Source: Promethearchaeia archaeon | GTDB lineage: Archaea > Asgardarchaeota > Lokiarchaeia > Sigyniarchaeales > SOKP01 | Length of the DNA: 34,284 nucleotides | Reading direction: 5' to 3' | Assembly: GCA_029856045.1 (NCBI GenBank) | Contig: JAHQWG010000024.1 | Coordinates: 1 to 34,284 of the forward strand | Part shown: positions 28,286 through 34,284 of the stretch, one piece after another | Numbering within the stretch: position 1 is the stretch's first letter | Layout of the letters: each line of letters starts with the position of its first letter | Translations under genes and position numbers: made by a program | Notes under the pieces: model-generated | Databases searched by the model: none | Seen by the model: the letters and a program-made list of their open reading frames with translations, nothing else | What the model was told of the DNA's origin: nothing

Positions 28286-29167
28286 TTATAATGAATCAAT
28301 AATTTTACATATTTCCATAATTGTTTGAGGCGATGTTCCACAACATCCGCCAACAATTTTTGCTCCCAAATTAATCATATCATGAATATCTCTTGCATAA
28401 TCTTTTGTTGGATATTCATAAAACGGTTTACCATTTTTATCAATTTTTGGTTGTCCTGCATTTGGTTTAGCTGAAAGTGGCTTATTAGTTAATTTAATAC
28501 TCTCTTCTATTAATCCAATCATATCGTTAGATCCAATAGTACAATTTGCTCCAATTACATCTACTTTTTCCCGTTCCAATATTTGAATACATTTTTCAAG
28601 AGAATCACCCATTATCGTAAAATAACCCCTTGGAGTTTTATTATATGTCATTGAAGCTATAATCGGTTTTTCAGAATTTTTTTTAACTGCTCGAATTGCT
28701 GCTTGCATTTCTTCAATATCTGAAATTGTTTCAATATGCCAGAGATCAACTCCATTTTCTAGAATTTTTACTTGATTAGCAAAACTGGACTGCCATTGTT
28801 CTGAAGTGGTATTTCCTACAGGTGGCCTAAATTCACCACTTGGTCCAATATCGCCCACAATTAAACAGGTAGGAGGACATGCCTTTTTTATATTTTCAAG
28901 TGCTTTTTCATTAATTTCTTTAATTCGATCTTCAAGTTTATATTTTTTTAAATTTAATGAAGATGACCCAAAAGTGCATGTTTGGCACATATCTGAGCCG
29001 ACATCATAGTATGATTTATGTATCTCAGAAATAATATCAGGTTTCTCAATATTCAATAGATCAGGAATCTTACCAGGTTCGATTCCTCGTTTAAATATTT
29101 CTGTACCCATAGCTCCATCAAATAAAATTATCTTCGAATCATTTTTTAACCAATCATGGAATAACAT
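28286..29167 (-). CDS. Stand-alone homocysteine S-methyltransferase domain (MetH N-terminal/BHMT-type Zn barrel)
   Basis: FDGAMGTE, IHKSYYDVGSD, GDIGPSG, IETISD, Zn ligands GANC and GGCCGTSP, KPNAGQP. Confidence 0.93.
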   Translation of the reverse strand: MLFHDWLKNDSKIILFDGAMGTEIFKRGIEPGKIPDLLNIEKPDIISEIHKSYYDVGSDMCQTCTFGSSSLNLKKYKLEDRIKEINEKALENIKKACPPTCLIVGDIGPSGEFRPPVGNTTSEQWQSSFANQVKILENGVDLWHIETISDIEEMQAAIRAVKKNSEKPIIASMTYNKTPRGYFTIMGDSLEKCIQILEREKVDVIGANCTIGSNDMIGLIEESIKLTNKPLSAKPNAGQPKIDKNGKPFYEYPTKDYARDIHDMINLGAKIVGGCCGTSPQTIMEICKIIDSL

Positions 29168-29179
29168 TTTAACAATATT

Positions 29180-29184
29180 CCTCC
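29180..29184 (-). promoter_or_regulatory. Shine-Dalgarno-like GGAGG upstream of the homocysteine methyltransferase gene
   Basis: cctcc on the + strand in the 29-bp gap; similar AGGAG at 29855-29859 and 33016-33020. Confidence 0.5.
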
Positions 29185-29196
29185 AAATTTTAAATT

Positions 29197-29844
29197 TTAT
29201 ATATGCAGGAGAGATTTAGCTAATTCAACTGCTTCTACAGCATTTCCAGCATAACCATCTGCACCGCATTCTTCAACCCATTTACTTGTAACCGGAGCAC
29301 CACCAAGTATTACCTTAAATTTATTGCTAATTCCCTTTTTTTTCAAGATTTCTACAACTTTTTTCTGTCCTAACATAGTAGTTGTTAAAAGTGCTGATAC
29401 TCCTATAATATCAACATTTTTTTCAATTGCTTCATCAATAATCTTTTCAGCGGGAACATCGGCACCCAAATCATAAACCTCAAAACCATACGCTCTTAAC
29501 ATTGTTGCAACAATTGTTTTCCCGATTGAGTGAATATCACCTTCAATAGTTGCTATTACAACTTTTCCTAATGTTTTTCTTTCTATACCGCCCTGTAGAT
29601 GAGGTATGAGAAGATCCAAGCAATCTTGCATGATTTTTGCCCCTCTCATCAACTCTGGAAGGAAAAATTCACCCGCATCCCATAATTCTCCTACGCGCCG
29701 AATTCCTGCTCCAAACCCTTCTTCAATAACATTAAGTATATTTAAATTTTCATCAATTGCTTTATTGGCTAATTCTGTGGCTTTATCTTCATTTAAATTA
29801 ACGATTGCATCAGAAATTTCTCCATATAAGTTTTCTTGAGACAT
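29197..29844 (-). CDS. Methyltransferase cognate corrinoid protein (MttC/MtbC family)
   Basis: Cap domain VGELWDAGEFFLPEL, B12 motif GDIHSIGK (DxHxxG), SALLTTT, GGAP, GADGY. Confidence 0.95.
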   Translation of the reverse strand: MSQENLYGEISDAIVNLNEDKATELANKAIDENLNILNVIEEGFGAGIRRVGELWDAGEFFLPELMRGAKIMQDCLDLLIPHLQGGIERKTLGKVVIATIEGDIHSIGKTIVATMLRAYGFEVYDLGADVPAEKIIDEAIEKNVDIIGVSALLTTTMLGQKKVVEILKKKGISNKFKVILGGAPVTSKWVEECGADGYAGNAVEAVELAKSLLHI

Positions 29845-29986
29845 ATTATTCTCTCTCCTATTCTAAAAAATTATCCAAATATATTAAAACAAATAAACTA
29901 ATGTATTATAGATTTTCTATTATTTGTTATTTAAATCTTACAAAAATAAAGATTACTTAGATAAATTGAAAAAATCTTTGATTATT

Positions 29987-31426
29987 TCAAGCCGATGATG
30001 TAAGATTTCGTTGTGCTTTCTTAACTATTTCTTCCAGTTCTTTAGTCACATCATCTGCAAGTCGTTCGGGTTTATGGGTTGCCAAGATCTCCTCTTTGCG
30101 TTTTCGGCAGCGTTTTTCCATACTAGAAGCCCCTTTATTAATCCAAGTATCATAATACTCCCTGTCTAAGAGAGTCGGGAACCATAATTCATTTCTGAAA
30201 TGTTCAACTGTATGTTGTTTATCAAGAAAAGAACCTTTGGGACCAACCTTTTCAATAATATCAATAGCGAATGTCTTTTCTTCAAAGTTTATTTGTCTGT
30301 TGATGCTTTCTACATATGAGATGATTTCAGATTGCATTACAAGAAAATCTAAAGAACTTGCCTGATCTACACCACAGATTCCCATATGACCAAAAATATC
30401 AGCTCCAGCTGCAGTTCCTAATGCCAGAGTTAAACCACACTCGAGACCAGCTTGGGCATCTGGTCGTTTAGAATCAGTTAGCCCTACATTAATATAGACA
30501 GGCAAATTATAATACTTACCCATCTGAGTCATTGCAACACTGAATATAGCCTGTTCAGGACCGCTGAAAATTAATTGCGTGGTTTTCATATCAAAAGCAT
30601 GGCATATCCCACCGTAGCATACCGGTATTCCTTCGCGTATGAGTTGAGTAATACATATTCCAGCTAAAATTTCAGCGTTTTCCTGAGCTAATGTTCCTGC
30701 AATTGTAGCAGGCGCAGATAATCCCATTTGAGCCATAGGCCCAATTGAAACCGGCATATTAAGTTGAGCAGTTTCAAATAGTAGGTCAACTCCGTTAAAT
30801 GGAAAGGACAGAGGACTTACCGGTTCAAGTAGGGGATGAAACATTGGTAATTTCTGGGCTTTTTTCTCATCTCCTCTAAGGGCGATAATAATATCTACTA
30901 TAAATTTTGCTGAAGCTCTATCATGGAACCAGAATATAATCGGTTTAGTAGTATTTTTTATAGTTTCAAACGCCACTGCTACACATCGCCATGCCACTGG
31001 AAGTTCATGTGGGTCTGCCATGGCTCCTGGTATGGTAATTTTTTCCAAAGCATCGGCAAATTTAACAGCAGTCGCGACATCATTAAGAGATGAATATCTC
31101 CGTTTATTATCAATATTATCAATCCATAGTGCTTGACCGCCTGAAGTGTTGTAATTACGTTTCCCAAGACCAAACTCAGCCTTTTTCGAAAGATCTCGTC
31201 CATAAAGAGTGAAATTTTTTCCCGCTTTTGAAAGCAGCTCCATTACTAAATCAGCTGAAATTCTTACTCGTTTATCTTTCATATCCACATTCGCCCCTCT
31301 CTCGGCGAAACGTGATAAAAGCTCATCATGCGGGATAATTACACCAATCCTCTCAAGTATTATAAGAGATTTTTGGTGTATTATATTAATCTGCTGTTCT
31401 GTAAGCACTTTTGCGATCATTGACAA
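29987..31426 (-). CDS. Second MttB-superfamily methyltransferase, non-pyrrolysine; ATG start probably at 31420
   Basis: PVSPL, QMGLSAPATIAGTLAQENAEILAG, DMKT...SGPE, GLTDSKRPDAQAGLE (Leu at the Pyl site), KVGPKGSFL. Confidence 0.92.
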   Translation of the reverse strand: MSMIAKVLTEQQINIIHQKSLIILERIGVIIPHDELLSRFAERGANVDMKDKRVRISADLVMELLSKAGKNFTLYGRDLSKKAEFGLGKRNYNTSGGQALWIDNIDNKRRYSSLNDVATAVKFADALEKITIPGAMADPHELPVAWRCVAVAFETIKNTTKPIIFWFHDRASAKFIVDIIIALRGDEKKAQKLPMFHPLLEPVSPLSFPFNGVDLLFETAQLNMPVSIGPMAQMGLSAPATIAGTLAQENAEILAGICITQLIREGIPVCYGGICHAFDMKTTQLIFSGPEQAIFSVAMTQMGKYYNLPVYINVGLTDSKRPDAQAGLECGLTLALGTAAGADIFGHMGICGVDQASSLDFLVMQSEIISYVESINRQINFEEKTFAIDIIEKVGPKGSFLDKQHTVEHFRNELWFPTLLDREYYDTWINKGASSMEKRCRKRKEEILATHKPERLADDVTKELEEIVKKAQRNLTSSA

Positions 31427-31445
31427 TTGAACAATTATACTTAAC

Positions 31446-31463
31446 TTTATATAAAACTTTTTA
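31446..31463 (-). promoter_or_regulatory. Putative archaeal BRE/TATA promoter for the second mttB-family gene (leaderless or short leader)
   Basis: The minus strand reads AAAAAG-T-TTTATATAAA, with the TATA element about 26-35 nt upstream of the ATG at 31420. The AT-rich background weakens the call. Confidence 0.4.
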
Positions 31464-31562
31464 TGGAAATTTTATTAGGCTTCGTGTTTGGAATATTTTG
31501 AGATATAGATTAAGTTTATTTTAAAAAAAAAAAAAAATTTGAGATAAAATAAACTTTTGTAA

Positions 31563-33005
31563 TTAAAAGCCGAATTCCTTCAATTGCTTTCTAATTTCTA
31601 ATGTTTTTTCAGGTGTTAGAGGGTATTTTTGCCAAAATATAATTGTACAAATTAATAAAATAATGGCTGGAATTACACTCATATGAAAACGAATCCCCAA
31701 TTGTGCTGGAGCTGATTGACTAGTTGCTCCTTCTACAAATCCAGTGAGTATATGAATAAATGTAAATATTGCGATTTGAGCTCCTCGAGAAAGCCGTGAT
31801 AGGAAAGCTACAACACCTACAGTTGCACCCCTTACATCTGAACGAGTTAATACCACTCTTTCATCAAGCACGTCCGAAAAATAGATTGTTGTTAGAACCC
31901 AGAGGTTTCCCATTGTGAAACCCAAAATAAACATGTAAATCATCGAATCAATTACACCTATATAAAAAGTGGTTAAAAAACACCCTATAACTAGCAATAC
32001 CCCCCCAATCACTGCAGTTTGCTTATTATTGTTATTTTTTTTAGCAAACCAAGTCCAGAACGGAACCGATACCAGCGCTCCAGTAAGAAAAGATGCGAAT
32101 AGAAGGATCATATCAAGTTCTGTAGGTAAGTCACTCACCAAAACAAAATTCGCTGCATATGGAATAGAAGCTGTCATAGAACCGGTGACTATCATAAATC
32201 CAAAGAAGATTATGACATAATATACAAAACTTTTTTGTTTTAAGGTGGACTTCAATGCTTCTATGAAACTTTGACGTTTTTTCTCGCTTATATAATAGCG
32301 GTCAATGAGTTCTTTGTTCTCTTTCATTCCAAATAGGCATAATATTGAAACGGGTGCAATCGTACCAATAATAATCCAAACCATTGAGATATAAGCGACT
32401 TGGTTGTTTATACCTCCAAAAAGACCAAGTAATATTGGTGGGACGATATTAGCGACCGGTAATGCCATCATAGAAAGAGGAGTTCCCCAGCCTCTTGCCT
32501 TTCTACGTGCTGGACCAGTTCGAAATTTGTCAGGAAAAAGAGCATCAGCATTTACAAAACAAAGTGTTGTTAAAGAATCAAATAAGCAGGTTGTAAATAT
32601 GATCCACCCAAAAAATGGCATTGGATTCGTTGCAGCATCGCCAGCTGGTGGCATAAATACAAGGGCTAAAACAAAATTGGCGGGTAAGATGCCTATAATT
32701 ATCCAAATAAATCTTTTACCATACTTTCTTGTGAATTTCGTAATGCGATCAGTGAGGTGTCCTATAAGTGGATCATTAACAGCATCCCATAATGTAAAGA
32801 TGAGCATAGCCAAAAAGATTAATAACGTGTCTAAACCAACCACGACTTCATAAAAGAAAAAAATGTAGGCATTAAAAACTCCATATGCTAACCCGTTCCA
32901 AAAACCAGCACTGCCATAAGAAATCGTATTGAGAGTTGATGGTATTTTATAGGCTCCTTCATCAGTGGATTTCTCCTTATCTTTATTTTTTTTTACTTCA
33001 TTCAT
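31563..33005 (-). CDS. MFS transporter, glycoside-pentoside-hexuronide (MelB/MFS_2) family
   Basis: WDAVNDPLIGHLTDR, YGKR, about 12 TM segments, FSDVLDE, C-terminal YPLT. Confidence 0.9.
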   Translation of the reverse strand: MNEVKKNKDKEKSTDEGAYKIPSTLNTISYGSAGFWNGLAYGVFNAYIFFFYEVVVGLDTLLIFLAMLIFTLWDAVNDPLIGHLTDRITKFTRKYGKRFIWIIIGILPANFVLALVFMPPAGDAATNPMPFFGWIIFTTCLFDSLTTLCFVNADALFPDKFRTGPARRKARGWGTPLSMMALPVANIVPPILLGLFGGINNQVAYISMVWIIIGTIAPVSILCLFGMKENKELIDRYYISEKKRQSFIEALKSTLKQKSFVYYVIIFFGFMIVTGSMTASIPYAANFVLVSDLPTELDMILLFASFLTGALVSVPFWTWFAKKNNNNKQTAVIGGVLLVIGCFLTTFYIGVIDSMIYMFILGFTMGNLWVLTTIYFSDVLDERVVLTRSDVRGATVGVVAFLSRLSRGAQIAIFTFIHILTGFVEGATSQSAPAQLGIRFHMSVIPAIILLICTIIFWQKYPLTPEKTLEIRKQLKEFGF

Positions 33006-33222
33006 TTATAAAAGACTCCTTTCTTTTTTAAAAAATTTTAAATAGAATTCAAATATATTTGATTGATCTTTTATTTAAAGCTTTCTTGCTTAGAAAATTT
33101 GGAAATTATAATATTTTGCAAAAATAGTGCATTAAAAATATACAATTATTGAACTCATAACACCAATTAGAATTAGACTAGTTATTTTTTTTTCTTTTTT
33201 TTTCCGTTTTTTAAGTAGTTCC

Positions 33223-34281
33223 TTATCTATCTTGTTTTTCTAACCTTTCTAATGTTTCTTTAATTTTTTTCAATTCAACTTTTAAATCTTCGCCTTGTTT
33301 ATTTTCTCCTTTTCTCCTACTTTTTAATTCTTCTTCATCAATTTTTTTTAAAAGAATATTATTTTTCAGTTCTTCTGAAATTATTTTTTTAATTTCCTTT
33401 AAAAATTGATTGCGGGGAAGCCCATTTATTTCCATTATTCTTTCCCTTACTGCAGATCTAATAAATTCTGATTTCGACTGATTAGTTTTTTTGGCAAATA
33501 TTTCAATTTCTTTTAATTCATTTTCATTTACCAGAAATTTGACTTGATATATTCTTTTTAACGTTTCTTCGACTTTTTTTAATTCTTCTCTACGTTTTCT
33601 TCTCTCTTCTTCTCTCGCTTTTAACGCTTCTTCGGGGGGTTCTTTAAAATATTTACCATTTTTATGAGATGGTATAAAATCTTCTTTATATTCTCTTATT
33701 ATCGCTTTTCTAAGACTACTTGATATTCTTTTATTATAAATTGATTTCCGAATAATAATTTGATGAATCAACTTACCAATTGCTTTTTCTAAATTGCTAT
33801 TATCATTTATTGAAGTTTCAATGTAATCAACTAATCCCTCTTTTTTAACAAATTCACGATATTTTTTTCTATCAATGGTTTTAAGGTTTTCAATTAAATC
33901 AAATTTATTTCCAATTAATAGGAGTGGCCATCTATTTAAATTAATGTTATTCCAAATTTTTTTAAGACATTTAGAGTGGTATTCAAAAGTTTCTGGATTA
34001 GATAGGTCGAAGACAAATAAAACAGCTGAGGTTCCGCTGTAATATTGTTCATGGAGCTTTTCAAATTTTTTATCATCAATAAAATCCCAAATTTGAAGAT
34101 TATAATTATTTTCATCAACCAATACTGATTTTTGAAAAAAATTTACACCAATTTTTAATTTCCAATCTTCTTTTTCTTCGAATAGTTTTTTAGCATATTG
34201 TTCCATTATATTAGTTTTCCCAACCCCTGACTTTCCAAGAACTATAATTTTAAATTCATCTTTAAATTCTTCTTTACTCAT
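33223..34281 (-). CDS. Rab-like small GTPase domain fused to coiled-coil and ribbon-helix-helix (CopG/MetJ/Arc-like) segments
   Basis: FKIIVLGKSGVGKT (G1), IGVNF, LQIWD, YYSG, VFDLS, GNKFDL (G4), ETS (G5). Residues ~244-283 (IYQVKFLVNENELKEIEIFAKKTNQSKSEFIRSAVRERIM) fit an RHH. Confidence 0.85.
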   Translation of the reverse strand: MSKEEFKDEFKIIVLGKSGVGKTNIMEQYAKKLFEEKEDWKLKIGVNFFQKSVLVDENNYNLQIWDFIDDKKFEKLHEQYYSGTSAVLFVFDLSNPETFEYHSKCLKKIWNNINLNRWPLLLIGNKFDLIENLKTIDRKKYREFVKKEGLVDYIETSINDNSNLEKAIGKLIHQIIIRKSIYNKRISSSLRKAIIREYKEDFIPSHKNGKYFKEPPEEALKAREEERRKRREELKKVEETLKRIYQVKFLVNENELKEIEIFAKKTNQSKSEFIRSAVRERIMEINGLPRNQFLKEIKKIISEELKNNILLKKIDEEELKSRRKGENKQGEDLKVELKKIKETLERLEKQDR

Positions 34282-34284
34282 GAT

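Noticed and set aside
26832-31426. Pyrrolysine (amber) recoding in the mttB-like genes
   Set aside because: Both frames are uninterrupted and have Leu at the Pyl-equivalent position
1579-34118. Short ORFs nested in or antisense to long genes (e.g. 1579, 3500, 4739, 6404, 7145, 12235, 12339, 13490, 14479, 17979, 20168, 20609, 21424, 26776, 28806, 29606, 30979, 31209, 31969, 32404, 33936)
   Set aside because: They overlap well-supported CDSs and have shadow-like composition with no motifs

Overview
AT-rich, gene-dense archaeal DNA that is most likely from an Asgard archaeon (Lokiarchaeia-like). This is inferred from a eukaryote-type actin-family gene, a Rab-like small GTPase, an archaeal-type topoisomerase IA, a THEP1 NTPase and TATA-like AT-rich intergenic regions. 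The window holds about 30 CDSs and no recognisable rRNA, tRNA, CRISPR array or transposase. Main highlights: (1) a co-oriented cluster pairing a divergent actin-related protein with a proline-rich protein carrying beta-thymosin/WH2-like motifs, a candidate Asgard actin-regulator module; (2) a small GTPase with degenerate switch motifs fused to a ribbon-helix-helix DNA-binding domain; (3) a cluster of an MFS transporter, two non-pyrrolysine MttB methyltransferases, a corrinoid protein and a homocysteine methyltransferase domain, suggesting methylated amine-to-methionine methyl transfer; (4) an apparently circularly permuted MscL with a Pro8 linker; (5) a translationally coupled pair of coiled-coil/winged-helix paralogues; (6) a non-coding 66-bp repeat built from ~30-bp units flanking mscL. 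All calls come from reading motifs by eye; no searches were run.
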